NCBI RefSeq assembly: GCF_001457615.1 | Contig: NZ_LN831024.1 | Span: 4,080,001 to 4,112,000, forward strand | Direction of reading: 5' to 3' | DNA length: 32,000 nt | From: Pseudomonas aeruginosa | GTDB taxonomy: Bacteria; Pseudomonadota; Gammaproteobacteria; Pseudomonadales; Pseudomonadaceae | Shown here: piece after piece, positions 8,804 to 17,929 of the stretch | How positions within the stretch are numbered: the first letter of the stretch is position 1 | How the letters are laid out: each line of letters opens with the position of its first letter | Position numbers and translations under genes: made by a program | Notes under the pieces: model-generated | The model's database searches: none | What the model was told of the DNA's origin: nothing | Seen by the model: only the letters and a program-made list of their open reading frames with translations

Positions 8804-9715
8804 ATGGTCAGCCTCGACCGCTTCGAAACCTTTCGCGCCGTGGTCGACTGCGGTTCCCTCAGCGCCGCCGCCGACACCCTCGGCCAGACGCGTGCGGTAG
8901 TCAGCTTCAACCTCAAGCGGCTGGAGGCCGAGCTGGGCGTTTCTCTGCTCAGCCGCAGCACCCGGCGGATGGCCCTGACCGATGCTGGCGAACGCTTCTA
9001 CCAGCGCTGCGTGAAGGTGCTCGACGAGGCGCGCCTGGCCATCGACGACGCCCGCGCCGAGCATGGCGAACTGCGTGGCAGCCTGCGCGTCACCACCACC
9101 CAGGAATACGGCCTGCGCCAACTGGTGCCGGCCCTGCAGGCATTCGCCCGGCTGCACCCGGCGTTGCAGGTACAATTGTCGACCTCATCGCTGCATGCCG
9201 ACCTGATTGGCGAACGCTTCGACGTCGCCATCCGCCTGGGGCGCCTGGAGGACTCCACCCACCATGCGGTGCAACTGGCCAGCTTCGAGGTCCTGGCGGT
9301 GGCCAGCCCGGCCTGCCTGGCGGCGCTCGGCGAACCGCCGCCGACCGACCTGGAGAGTCTGGAGCGCCTGCAGAATCTCGGTCACAGCCGGCTGGCGGAC
9401 TCCCTGCCCTGGCAAGTACGCGCCCCCGACGGCGCCCTGCGCAGCTACCGCGGACCGCGCCATCCCATGCTGCTGGCCGACAACGCCGCGGCCCTGCGCG
9501 CCTTTGCCCTCGACGGCCTGGGTATCGCCGTGCTGCCGGACTGGCTGGTGCAGGCCGACTTGCGCTGCGGCGCGCTGCAACGCCTGCTGGCGGACCACGG
9601 GTTTCCGCTCCAGGGCGTGCATGCCGTTTATCCGCCGACCCGCCACTTGCCGTCGAAGGTCCGCGCGTTCATCGACTTCCTCAAGACTCGCCTGGGGCAC
9701 CCGGACGCCGGTTAG
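8804..9715 (+). CDS. LysR-family transcriptional regulator
   Basis: N-terminal LysR HTH: MVSLDRFETFRAVVDCGSLSAAADTLGQTRAVVSFNLKRLEAELGVSLLSR. I prefer the ATG at 8804 (AGGGA 8 nt upstream) to the track TTG at 8783, because that TTG lies inside the dyad. Confidence 0.87.
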   Translation: MVSLDRFETFRAVVDCGSLSAAADTLGQTRAVVSFNLKRLEAELGVSLLSRSTRRMALTDAGERFYQRCVKVLDEARLAIDDARAEHGELRGSLRVTTTQEYGLRQLVPALQAFARLHPALQVQLSTSSLHADLIGERFDVAIRLGRLEDSTHHAVQLASFEVLAVASPACLAALGEPPPTDLESLERLQNLGHSRLADSLPWQVRAPDGALRSYRGPRHPMLLADNAAALRAFALDGLGIAVLPDWLVQADLRCGALQRLLADHGFPLQGVHAVYPPTRHLPSKVRAFIDFLKTRLGHPDAG

Positions 9716-9719
9716 AAAA

Positions 9720-9753
9720 CCGAGGCCGCCGCGATTGCCCGCGGCGGCCTCGG
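9720..9753. terminator. intrinsic terminator between convergent LysR and phnX genes; best fit is the minus strand (phnWX)
   Basis: Perfect 14-bp GC-rich stem CCGAGGCCGCCGCG / CGCGGCGGCCTCGG with the 6-nt loop attgcc. On the minus strand it is followed by UUUUC (plus-strand gaaaa at 9715..9719). On the plus strand it is followed by cacagac, with no U-tract. Confidence 0.72.
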
Positions 9754-9765
9754 CACAGACGTGGC

Positions 9766-10593
9766 TCAGTTACCCTGCGGCATCTCGCCGCGCGCCAGGC
9801 GCGCATTGATGTCGCGGACCACCGCTGGCAGCTCGGCGATGGTCTCGATCAGGTAGTGCGGACGCGAACCTTCGAACATCTGTTCGATACGCGTCCGCTC
9901 GCGCTCCAGTTCGGCCGCCGGCAGCGCCTTGTACTGCTCGTAGGTGAGGCCCAGGGCATTGCCCGAGCAGGTCAGCGCCACCGTCCACATCCCGGCGCGG
10001 CGCCCTTCGAGGATACCCGGCCAGGTGTCGTCGACCTTCACGCAGGCCGCCACATCGTCGATCCCCAGGGCGATCACGTTGGCCAGCGCCTGGGCCGGCC
10101 ATGGCCGGCCGTTGGGCACTTCATCGGTAGCCACCACGTGGTCGGCGACGTAACCGTTGGTCTCGGCCAGGGCTACCACCTTCTCCATCACCACCGCCGG
10201 GTAACCGGAACAGGAACCGATCTTCAGGCCCATCCCGCGGAGTTCGGCGATCGCCTGCAGGGCGCCGGGGATCACCGCCGAATGTTCGGCGATCTTTTCG
10301 ATCTGCAGCGGCATGAAGCGCTCGTAGATGGCGGTGACATCGTCGTCGCTGGGCAGGCGGCCGAAGACGGCGCGGTAGCGCTCGGCGATCGCCGGGATGT
10401 CGCAGAGGGTGCGGATGTGGTCCCACTTGCCCATTCCCATCGGACCGCGCGCTTCCTCCAGGCTGACCTGGACGCCGAATTCGGCGAAGGCCTCGACGAA
10501 GATCTGGGTCGGCGCGAAGGAGCCGAAATCGACCACGGTTCCCGCCCAGTCGAGGATGACGGCCTGGAGGGTGGCTGGCTGGTTGTAATTCAT
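9766..10593 (-). CDS. phnX: phosphonoacetaldehyde hydrolase (phosphonatase), HAD superfamily
   Basis: 275 aa. The HAD motif I is [13 protein letters not shown], followed by [10 protein letters not shown]. It sits directly downstream of phnW with a 35-nt gap. Confidence 0.93.
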   Translation of the reverse strand: MNYNQPATLQAVILDWAGTVVDFGSFAPTQIFVEAFAEFGVQVSLEEARGPMGMGKWDHIRTLCDIPAIAERYRAVFGRLPSDDDVTAIYERFMPLQIEKIAEHSAVIPGALQAIAELRGMGLKIGSCSGYPAVVMEKVVALAETNGYVADHVVATDEVPNGRPWPAQALANVIALGIDDVAACVKVDDTWPGILEGRRAGMWTVALTCSGNALGLTYEQYKALPAAELERERTRIEQMFEGSRPHYLIETIAELPAVVRDINARLARGEMPQGN

Positions 10594-10628
10594 TGTCGTG
10601 AACCCTTTTCTGCTCGTTGTCGTTCAGT

Positions 10629-11744
10629 TCAGATCTCGAGGACTTCCAGTTCGCGCAGCGCCTCGCCGATGGCGGCGACCGCCTGCCGCATCTCCGCGGC
10701 GTCGACGTGGCCGATGCAGCCGACGCGGAAGGTTTCCACCTGGGTCAACTTGCCCGGATAGAGGATGAAGCCCTTCTCCCGCACGCGTTGGTAGAAGTCG
10801 GCGAAGCGGTAGCGCGGATCGCGCGGCGCGTGGAAGGTAACGATGATCGGCGCCTGGATTTCCGCCGGCAGGAAGCTGCGGAAACCGAGCCGGGCCATCT
10901 CGCCGAGCAGCGTTTCGCAATTGCTCGCGTAGCGCCGCTGGCGCGCCGGCAGGCCGCCCTCCTCTTCGTACTGGCTGAGCGCTTCGTGCAAGGCGGCGAC
11001 CACATGGGTCGGCGGGGTGAAGCGCCATTGCCCGGTCTTGCGCATGTAGGCGTGCTGGTCCTGCAGGTCCATGGCCAGGGAGTGGCAGTTGCCGGCGCTG
11101 GCTTCCAGGGCGGCGCTGCGGGCGAAGACGAAGCCCATCCCCGGGACGCCCTCCAGGCACTTGCCGGAGGCGGCGATCAGGGCGTCGAACGGGACTGTCC
11201 GGGCATCGATCCCGATCGCCCCGAAGGAACTCATGGCATCGACGATCAGGCGCTTGCCGTGACGCTCGACGACCTTGGCGATGGCCTCCAGCGGATTGAG
11301 GATGCCGGTACTGGTCTCGCAGTGGATCAGCGCCACATGGCTGATCGCCGGATCGGCGGCCAGCAGGCGCTCGACATCAGCGGCGGTGGTCGGCACGTTC
11401 TCTTCGGTCTCGAAGGTGCTGAAGGGCCGTTGCAGGACCTCGCAGATCTTCGCCAGGCGCTTGCCGTAGGCACCGTTGATCAACACCAGGACCTTGCCGT
11501 CGCGCGGCACCAGGGTGCCGATCGCCGCTTCCACGGCGAAGGTGCCGCTGCCCTGCAACGGTACGCAGGTGTGGCTGCCTTCGCCGCCTACGATCTTCAG
11601 CAGGCGCTGGCAGACGCTGGCGGTGAGTTCGTTGAAATCGCTGTCCCAGGAGCCCCAGTCGACCATCATCGCCCGACGGGTACGGTAGGAGGTGGTCAGC
11701 GGACCGGGGGTCAGCAGGATGGGTGCGCGTTCGGCAGTGCTCAT
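10629..11744 (-). CDS. phnW: 2-aminoethylphosphonate:pyruvate aminotransferase
   Basis: Class-V aminotransferase with the N-terminus [19 protein letters not shown]. The track ORF starts two codons earlier (ATG 11750), but GAGG is only 2 nt from that ATG and 8 nt from the ATG at 11744, so I prefer 11744 (371 aa). Confidence 0.92.
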   Translation of the reverse strand: MSTAERAPILLTPGPLTTSYRTRRAMMVDWGSWDSDFNELTASVCQRLLKIVGGEGSHTCVPLQGSGTFAVEAAIGTLVPRDGKVLVLINGAYGKRLAKICEVLQRPFSTFETEENVPTTAADVERLLAADPAISHVALIHCETSTGILNPLEAIAKVVERHGKRLIVDAMSSFGAIGIDARTVPFDALIAASGKCLEGVPGMGFVFARSAALEASAGNCHSLAMDLQDQHAYMRKTGQWRFTPPTHVVAALHEALSQYEEEGGLPARQRRYASNCETLLGEMARLGFRSFLPAEIQAPIIVTFHAPRDPRYRFADFYQRVREKGFILYPGKLTQVETFRVGCIGHVDAAEMRQAVAAIGEALRELEVLEI

Positions 11745-11911
11745 GCTCATTTCCTCTGCGGGAATCGGCCAAAGAAACCGGATCGGGCTTCGCGGTCCGG
11801 GCGGTCGTTCCGCGCCGGGGTTCCAGGGAAGCCTGGAGACATAAGGTGAGCGCCGCGCTACTATCGTTCAAATTGTTTGTTCCGATGCCAGCCATAAGCC
11901 ACGCCGATACC

Positions 11912-12772
11912 ATGAATCTCTTCCAGCTCCGCGCCTTCGACGCCGTCGCCCGCGAAGGCAGTTTCACCCGCGCCGCCGAGCGCCTGTGCATCAGCCAACC
12001 GGCGGTGACCGGACACGTCAAGGCACTCGAGGAGCACTACCAGGTCACCCTGTTCCGGCGCACCGCCCGGCGCATCGAACTGACCGAGGAGGGCTCGCGC
12101 CTGGTGGCGATCACGCGCACCCTGTTCGCCCTGGAGGAAGAAGCCGAGGCCCTGCTCGACGCCAATCGACAATTGGTCTCCGGCCGCCTCGAAGTCGCCG
12201 CCGACGGCCCGCACCTGGTGATGCCGATGCTCGCCCGGCTGCGCGCGAGCTATCCGGGAATCACCGTCAACCTGCGTCTGGGCAACGCCCAGGAGACCCT
12301 CGCGGCGCTGCTCAGCGAACACGTCGACGTCGCCGTGCTGACCGAGGTCGAGGCGCGTCCCGGGCTGTTCCTGGAGGAGTTGGTGAATTCGCACATCTGC
12401 GCCCTGTTGCCTCGCCAGCATCCCTGGTGCGAACGCAACGAAGGCGTACCGCTGGAAGAGCTCGACCAGCAGATCATGGTGCTGCGCGAACCCGGTTCGA
12501 TCACCCGCCGCACCTTCGACCGCGCCTGTGCCGAGCAGGGCGTGCAGCCGCGGGTGCTGCTGGAGCTGGACAGCCGGGAAGCGGTGACCGAAGCGGTGGC
12601 CGCCGAACTGGGCGTCGGCGTGGTGTCTTCCCTGGAGGTCGGCAACGATCCGCGGGTTCGCGCGGTGCCGCTGGTCGGTCCCGAGCTGACCAACCGCCAC
12701 CTGATCGGCTGCCTGGAGAAGCGCCGCGGCCTACGGGTGATCAGGGCATTCCTGGAACTGGCGGCGGCCTGA
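11912..12772 (+). CDS. LysR-family transcriptional regulator, divergent from phnWX
   Basis: MNLFQLRAFDAVAREGSFTRAAERLCISQPAVTGHVKALEEHYQVTLFRR is a textbook LysR N-terminus. An in-frame ATG at 11885 would add 9 codons, but it lies inside a dyad element. The track start at 11723 overlaps phnW and is not credible. Confidence 0.85.
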   Translation: MNLFQLRAFDAVAREGSFTRAAERLCISQPAVTGHVKALEEHYQVTLFRRTARRIELTEEGSRLVAITRTLFALEEEAEALLDANRQLVSGRLEVAADGPHLVMPMLARLRASYPGITVNLRLGNAQETLAALLSEHVDVAVLTEVEARPGLFLEELVNSHICALLPRQHPWCERNEGVPLEELDQQIMVLREPGSITRRTFDRACAEQGVQPRVLLELDSREAVTEAVAAELGVGVVSSLEVGNDPRVRAVPLVGPELTNRHLIGCLEKRRGLRVIRAFLELAAA

Positions 12773-12780
12773 GTCGCGCC

Positions 12781-13305
12781 TCAGCTCCAGTGACGCTCGC
12801 GGGTGCGGCGGTCTTCGCCGAAGCCGAACAGCGAGGCCAGCGAATACACGATCAGCTCGGCGATCCAGGCGACCAGCAAGGCGCAGCCCAGGCCCCAGGC
12901 GATCACCTCGGGCTTGAGCAGGACCTGGTAGCTGTAGCTGGCATAGGTTTCCATCAGCAACTCATGGTTCGGTGCGCGCAGCATGTGCCAGGCGCGGGCG
13001 TACCAGGGACCCTGCATGGCCTGCCACTCAGCGTCGAGCATGCGCGCGCGACGCATCAGGCGGTCGAGGTTCTCGCCGTCGCGCTGGAACACCGGATCGC
13101 TGTTGCTGCGGTAATGCCTGACCAGTTCCTCCAGGCTACCGTTGAAGAACTGCCCGGCGGTCTGCTGGAAGCCCTGGATGTTCTGCGCGGCCTCCAGGCG
13201 ATGGGCGTCGACGCGCTTGGCGTAGTCGTCGATGAAACCGGGCACCTGCACCCCGAGCAGCAGGCCCAGGGTGAACAGCAGCAGTCTCAGGTAACTGCGG
13301 AACAT
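12781..13305 (-). CDS. small membrane protein of unknown function (possibly DUF2937-like)
   Basis: Track ORF trimmed to the ATG at 13305, which has GAGGAG 5 nt upstream. The product is 174 aa, with an N-terminal hydrophobic helix (LRLLLFTLGLLLGV) and a C-terminal one (AWGLGCALLVAWIAELIVYSLASLF). It is the last gene of the HIT/amidotransferase operon. Confidence 0.7.
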   Translation of the reverse strand: MFRSYLRLLLFTLGLLLGVQVPGFIDDYAKRVDAHRLEAAQNIQGFQQTAGQFFNGSLEELVRHYRSNSDPVFQRDGENLDRLMRRARMLDAEWQAMQGPWYARAWHMLRAPNHELLMETYASYSYQVLLKPEVIAWGLGCALLVAWIAELIVYSLASLFGFGEDRRTRERHWS

Positions 13306-13331
13306 GCGCTCTCCTCGTTCACGGCGGCGAT

Positions 13332-14105
13332 TCAGACCCGCCCCTTGGCCAACACCTCGCCGCCCCACCAGAGGACCCACTCGCCGCTCTGCTGCAAGGT
13401 CCAGTTCTCGTTGTCGGTGAGCGGCTCGGTGGCGATCACCGTGACCACGTCGTCCGGCGTGGTTTCCGCATGGAAGTCCACGGTCAGGTCGGCATCCTTC
13501 AACCGCGCCGGGCCGAACGGCGCGCGGCGGGTAATGTAGGCGAGTTTGCTGGAGCAGAAGGTGAACAGCCAGTCGCCGTCGCTGATCAGGGCATTGAACA
13601 CACCTTTCTTGCGATATTCGTCACAGGCCGAGATCAGCACCGGCAACAGCACCTCCACCGGCACCGGCTCGGGGAAAGCCCGGCGCACGCGGTTCAGCAG
13701 GTCGCAGAAGGCCGCCTCGCTGTCGGTCTCGCCGACCGGGCGGTAGAAACCGGGCTTGGGCTGGAAGTCGGCCAGTTGGCCATTGTGCGCGAAGGTCCAG
13801 TAGCGCCCACCGAGTTCGCGGATGAAGGGGTGGGTGTTGCTCAGCCCGACCTTGCCGACGTTGGCCTGGCGGATGTGCCCGATGACCGTCTCGCTCTTGA
13901 TCGGGAAGCGCTGCACCAGCCGCGCCACCTCCGAATCGACGCTCGCCAGCGGGTCCTGGAACAGCCGCACGCCGCGTCCTTCGTAGAAGGCGATGCCCCA
14001 ACCGTCGCGGTGCGGGCCGGTACCGCCGCCGCGCTGCATCAGTCCGGTGAAGCTGAAGACGATGTCCGTCGGGACGTTGGCGCTCATGCCCAATAGTTCA
14101 CACAT
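13332..14105 (-). CDS. class-II (Ntn-type) glutamine amidotransferase, YafJ-like
   Basis: 257 aa starting MCELLGMSANVP, with the nucleophilic Cys2 typical of Ntn amidotransferases. It also has GWGIAFY and HNGQL motifs. GGGAGG lies 8 nt upstream. Confidence 0.85.
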   Translation of the reverse strand: MCELLGMSANVPTDIVFSFTGLMQRGGGTGPHRDGWGIAFYEGRGVRLFQDPLASVDSEVARLVQRFPIKSETVIGHIRQANVGKVGLSNTHPFIRELGGRYWTFAHNGQLADFQPKPGFYRPVGETDSEAAFCDLLNRVRRAFPEPVPVEVLLPVLISACDEYRKKGVFNALISDGDWLFTFCSSKLAYITRRAPFGPARLKDADLTVDFHAETTPDDVVTVIATEPLTDNENWTLQQSGEWVLWWGGEVLAKGRV

Positions 14106-14108
14106 GGC

Positions 14109-14570
14109 TCAAACCTCCCTGAGCAAGGCTGTACGTAGTAGTTCTCGTTCCCGCTGCAGACGCGCCTGCAGGCTCGCGCGACCGACCGGCAGGAAACGGG
14201 TCAGGGCGCGCCAGAGCAGTCGCGGCAGGTCGCCGCGACGCCGGGGAATCAGGTGCAGATGCAGGTGCGCCACGTGCTGGTTGGCCGCCACGCCATCGTT
14301 GAGCAACAGGTTGATGCCTTCCACGCCGAAACCGGCCCGGCGCAATGCGCGACCGATACGCTCGGCGAGCGCCAGGAGGGCGTCGCGGGCGGCGGCGGAA
14401 AGATCGCTCAGGTGCGGGGCGTGCTCGCGGGCTACGATCAGCACGTGCGCCGGTCGCAGCGGAAAGATGTCCAGCAGGACGATGAAATGCTCGTCCTCGA
14501 AGAGTCTGTGCGCCGGCTCGCGGCCACCCGCTATGGCGCAGAACACGCAATCCATGGGAAATCCCGACAT
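14109..14570 (-). CDS. HIT-family (histidine triad) nucleotide hydrolase/transferase
   Basis: 153 aa. The histidine triad is HVAHLHLHLIP, and the N-terminal CVFCAI motif is present. Its stop is 3 nt from the start of the amidotransferase gene. An alternative ATG at 14555 would remove 5 codons. Confidence 0.87.
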   Translation of the reverse strand: MSGFPMDCVFCAIAGGREPAHRLFEDEHFIVLLDIFPLRPAHVLIVAREHAPHLSDLSAAARDALLALAERIGRALRRAGFGVEGINLLLNDGVAANQHVAHLHLHLIPRRRGDLPRLLWRALTRFLPVGRASLQARLQRERELLRTALLREV

Positions 14571-14633
14571 AGGCCTCGCCTCATGCTGAACGCCTGCCGG
14601 GCGTAGCGCAAGAATGGATTTCGTCGCGAAAGG

Positions 14634-15107
14634 CTACAGGCGCGGCTCGATGCGCATGCGCCGGTCGCCGTGCTCGTCGGTGCGGGTGTCGACGTCCGGC
14701 ATCAACTCGGGCTGCATCATCTGCCGCAGGGTCGGCTCGTCCTCGGCGTCCTGCGACGGATGCCGACGATTCTTCCAGGCCCGCTCCAGCGGCCAGCGGA
14801 TGGCGGCGATCAGCAGGTACAGGCCGAAACCGAGCAGCGCCACCAGGGCCAGGTCAGAGACCGCGCGCCAGGCGTTGTTGCCGACCTTGAACACGACATC
14901 CAGCGCGGTGATGGCGATGGCCGGGGCGTAGAGGTCGTTCTGCGGGTCCACCGGAGTCGGCGTGAACAGCAGGATGAAGACGATCAGCCGCAGGGGTTCG
15001 CGCAGCCAGCGCCACATCCAGCCGGTCATCAGCCAGAACACCAGCATCAGGCCGAGTCCGGCGATGGCGTAGGCGCCCCAGGCGATCAGATAGTCTTGTT
15101 CATTCAT
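14634..15107 (-). CDS. hypothetical inner-membrane protein
   Basis: 157-aa ORF with three to four hydrophobic segments and an acidic, charged C-terminal tail. I recognise no family. The call rests on ORF length, codon bias and clean boundaries. Confidence 0.65.
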   Translation of the reverse strand: MNEQDYLIAWGAYAIAGLGLMLVFWLMTGWMWRWLREPLRLIVFILLFTPTPVDPQNDLYAPAIAITALDVVFKVGNNAWRAVSDLALVALLGFGLYLLIAAIRWPLERAWKNRRHPSQDAEDEPTLRQMMQPELMPDVDTRTDEHGDRRMRIEPRL

Positions 15108-15255
15108 GCGGCGTGCGTGGCGATAGCGGTGATGGGGGGCTTATGATAGCCGCTTTTGCATGCCGACGCGCCTACCCACCGATGGCGGGCGCCGCGCCGC
15201 CAGTTTTATTCAGATTTCCCGGCCTCGCGCATGGCCGGATCGACGAGGATTCCCG

Positions 15256-17307
15256 ATGCCCCATCCGCAGCCCCCCATCGCCCGCCGCGACGCCGGAAGC
15301 GACCCCTACGCCTGGCTGGAGGAGCGCGACGCCCCGGAGGTGCTCGACTACCTGAAGGCCGAGAACGCCTACCTGGATAGCGAACTGGCCGACCAGGCCG
15401 GGTTGCGCGAGACCCTGTTCGAGGAGATCAGGGGACGCATCCGCGAGACCGACCTGTCGTTGCCCAGTCCGTGGGGTCCGTGGCTGTACTACCAGCGCAC
15501 CACCGCCGGCGACGAATACCCGCGCCACTACCGCTGCCCGCGTCCGGCGGACGGCAGCCTGGCGGTCGACGAAGGCGCCGAGCAACTGTTGCTCGATCCC
15601 AACCAGTTGGCCGACGGCGGCTTCCTCTCCCTCGGCGCCTTCAGCATCAGCCCCGACCAGAGCCTGCTGGCCTACAGCCTGGACACCAGCGGCGACGAGA
15701 TCTACCGCCTGTTCGTCAAGGACCTCGCCAGCGGCGCGGTGCAGGCCCTGCCCTTCGACGACTGCGACGGCAGCCTGACCTGGGCCAACGACAACCGCAC
15801 GCTGTTCTTCGGCGAACTGGACGACACCCACCGCCCGCACAAGCTCTATCGCCACCGCCTGGGCGAGGCCGGCGCCGAGCTGGTGTTCGAGGAAGGCGAC
15901 GGGCGCTTCTTCCTGCACTGCTACCGCTCCAGCTCGGAACGCCAGCTGATCCTCCTGCTCAACAGCAAGACCACCAGCGAGGCCTGGGTGCTCGACGCCG
16001 ACCAGCCGCAGGGAACGTTCCGTTGCCTGGCGCCGCGCGAGGAAGGCCACGAGTACTACCCCGACCACGGTCGCCTCGACGGCCGGGGCCTGTGGCTGAT
16101 CCGCAGCAACCAGGCGGGGATCAACTTCGCCCTCTACCAGGCCGAGGAGTCGCGGCCGACTCGCGAGCACTGGCAACTGCGCGTGGCCCACGACCCGCAG
16201 CGGACCCTGGAAGATGTCAGCCTGAACGCCGAGGCGGTGATCCTCGGCCTGCGCGACGGCGGCCTGCCGGTTATCGAGGTGCAACCGCAGGGCCTGCCGG
16301 CCTACCGCGTGCAGTTGCCGGACGCCGCCTACAGCCTCTACGTGCAGGACAGCCTGGAATTCGACAGCCCCTGCGTGCGACTGCGCTACGAGGCCCTGAA
16401 CCGTCCGGCGCAGGTACGCCAGCTGAACCTCGCCGATGGCACGCAGACCGTCCTCAAGCAGACCCCGGTGGAAGGCCCATTCGACGCCGACGCCTACGCC
16501 AGCCGGCGCATCTGGGCCAGCAGCGGCGACGGCACGCAGGTGCCGGTCAGCCTGGTGGCGCGCAAGGAAGTCCTCGACGGCATCGCCGCCGGGCGCCCCG
16601 CGCCGCTCTATCTCTATGGCTACGGCGCCTACGGGCATAGCCTCGATCCCTGGTTCTCCCACGCCCGCCTGAGCCTGCTCGAACGCGGCTTCGTCTTTGC
16701 CATCGCCCATGTCCGTGGCGGCGGCGAACTGGGCGAAGCCTGGTACCGGGCCGGCAAGCTGGAACACAAGCAGAACAGCTTCGACGACTTCATCGCCTGC
16801 GCCGAGCACCTGCTCGCCGAGGGCTACTGCCGTCCCGAGGGTCTCGCCATCAGCGGCGGCAGCGCCGGCGGGCTGTTGATCGGCGCGGTGCTCAACCAGC
16901 GCCCGCAACTGTTCGGCGCGGCCATCGCCGAGGTGCCTTTCGTCGACGTGCTGAACAGCATGCTCAATCCGGACCTGCCGCTGACCGTCACCGAATACGA
17001 TGAGTGGGGCAACCCGCAGGAGCCCGAGGTGCATGCGCGGATCGCCGCCTACGCGCCCTACGAGAACGTCAGGGCCCAAGACTACCCGCACCTGCTGGTG
17101 GTCGCCGGCTACAACGACAGCCGCGTGCAGTACTGGGAAGCCGCCAAGTGGGTGGCGAAACTGCGGGCGACCAGGACCGACGCCAACCTGCTGCTGCTCA
17201 AGACCGACCTCGGCGCCGGCCACGGCGGCATGAGCGGCCGCTACCAGGGGCTGAAGGACGTGGCGCTGGAATACGCCTTCCTGCTCAAGGTCCTCGGCCT
17301 GGTATGA
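15256..17307 (+). CDS. ptrB: oligopeptidase B (protease II), S9A prolyl-oligopeptidase family
   Basis: Track ORF trimmed to the ATG at 15256, which has GAGGA 6 nt upstream. The product is 683 aa with an N-terminal beta-propeller region. The catalytic residues appear as Ser in ISGGSAGGLLIG, Asp in GYNDSRV and His in DLGAGHGG. Confidence 0.92.
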   Translation: MPHPQPPIARRDAGSDPYAWLEERDAPEVLDYLKAENAYLDSELADQAGLRETLFEEIRGRIRETDLSLPSPWGPWLYYQRTTAGDEYPRHYRCPRPADGSLAVDEGAEQLLLDPNQLADGGFLSLGAFSISPDQSLLAYSLDTSGDEIYRLFVKDLASGAVQALPFDDCDGSLTWANDNRTLFFGELDDTHRPHKLYRHRLGEAGAELVFEEGDGRFFLHCYRSSSERQLILLLNSKTTSEAWVLDADQPQGTFRCLAPREEGHEYYPDHGRLDGRGLWLIRSNQAGINFALYQAEESRPTREHWQLRVAHDPQRTLEDVSLNAEAVILGLRDGGLPVIEVQPQGLPAYRVQLPDAAYSLYVQDSLEFDSPCVRLRYEALNRPAQVRQLNLADGTQTVLKQTPVEGPFDADAYASRRIWASSGDGTQVPVSLVARKEVLDGIAAGRPAPLYLYGYGAYGHSLDPWFSHARLSLLERGFVFAIAHVRGGGELGEAWYRAGKLEHKQNSFDDFIACAEHLLAEGYCRPEGLAISGGSAGGLLIGAVLNQRPQLFGAAIAEVPFVDVLNSMLNPDLPLTVTEYDEWGNPQEPEVHARIAAYAPYENVRAQDYPHLLVVAGYNDSRVQYWEAAKWVAKLRATRTDANLLLLKTDLGAGHGGMSGRYQGLKDVALEYAFLLKVLGLV

Positions 17308-17359
17308 CCACCGCGGGGGCCGGCGACGCCGGCCTTCCGCCACGAAAAAGGGAACCTTC

Positions 17360-17923
17360 GTGAAACGACGCTTCTGGCCCGCCATGGGCCTGCTCGCCGC
17401 GATCATGCTGGCCGTCTACCTGGCGAATCCGTTCGGCACCGCCAGTCTCGACCCGCGCGCACGGCTCCTCGGCGTGGCGCTGTACAAGATCCCTTCGCGC
17501 TCGATGGAACCGACCTTGCAACAGGGCGACTTCATCCTCGCCAACGCCGCGCGCTACGCCTTCGCCGACCCGCAGGTCGGCGACCTGGTGGTGTTCCGCT
17601 TCCCGCCGCAGCGCAGCATCGCCTATGTGAAGCGCATCGCCGGGATACCCGGCGATCGCGTGCGGATCGATGGCGGCCGGCTCTACGTCAATGAGCGCCC
17701 GGTGACGGAGCCCTACCTGGCGCAACAGGCGCTGCGCCAGCCGGACTCCCTGCGCATGGCCGAGCGGACCGTCCCCGCCGGCCAATACTTCATGCTCGGC
17801 GACAACCGCGACAACTCCAACGACAGCCGCTACTGGGGCTACGTACCGCGCGCCGACCTGGTCGGCCGGGTGTTCGCCGTCTGGTATGCCGAGGACACCC
17901 GGCGCATCGGTTCGGTGCGCTGA
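17360..17923 (+). CDS. signal peptidase I (S26A), short paralog
   Basis: GTG start preceded by AAAGGGA. The product is 187 aa with a single N-terminal TM helix. Catalytic boxes are present: SRSMEPTL (Ser), YVKRIAGIPGD (Lys) and GDNRDNSNDSRYWGYV. Confidence 0.88.
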   Translation: MKRRFWPAMGLLAAIMLAVYLANPFGTASLDPRARLLGVALYKIPSRSMEPTLQQGDFILANAARYAFADPQVGDLVVFRFPPQRSIAYVKRIAGIPGDRVRIDGGRLYVNERPVTEPYLAQQALRQPDSLRMAERTVPAGQYFMLGDNRDNSNDSRYWGYVPRADLVGRVFAVWYAEDTRRIGSVR

Positions 17924-17929
17924 CGCCCC

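Noticed and set aside
15172-17406. 744-aa minus-strand ORF covering the whole ptrB locus
   Set aside because: It is antisense to a protease II gene that has an intact Ser-Asp-His triad. Its translation is repetitive and Ala/Gly/Val/Gln/Arg-rich, which marks it as a GC-skew artefact.
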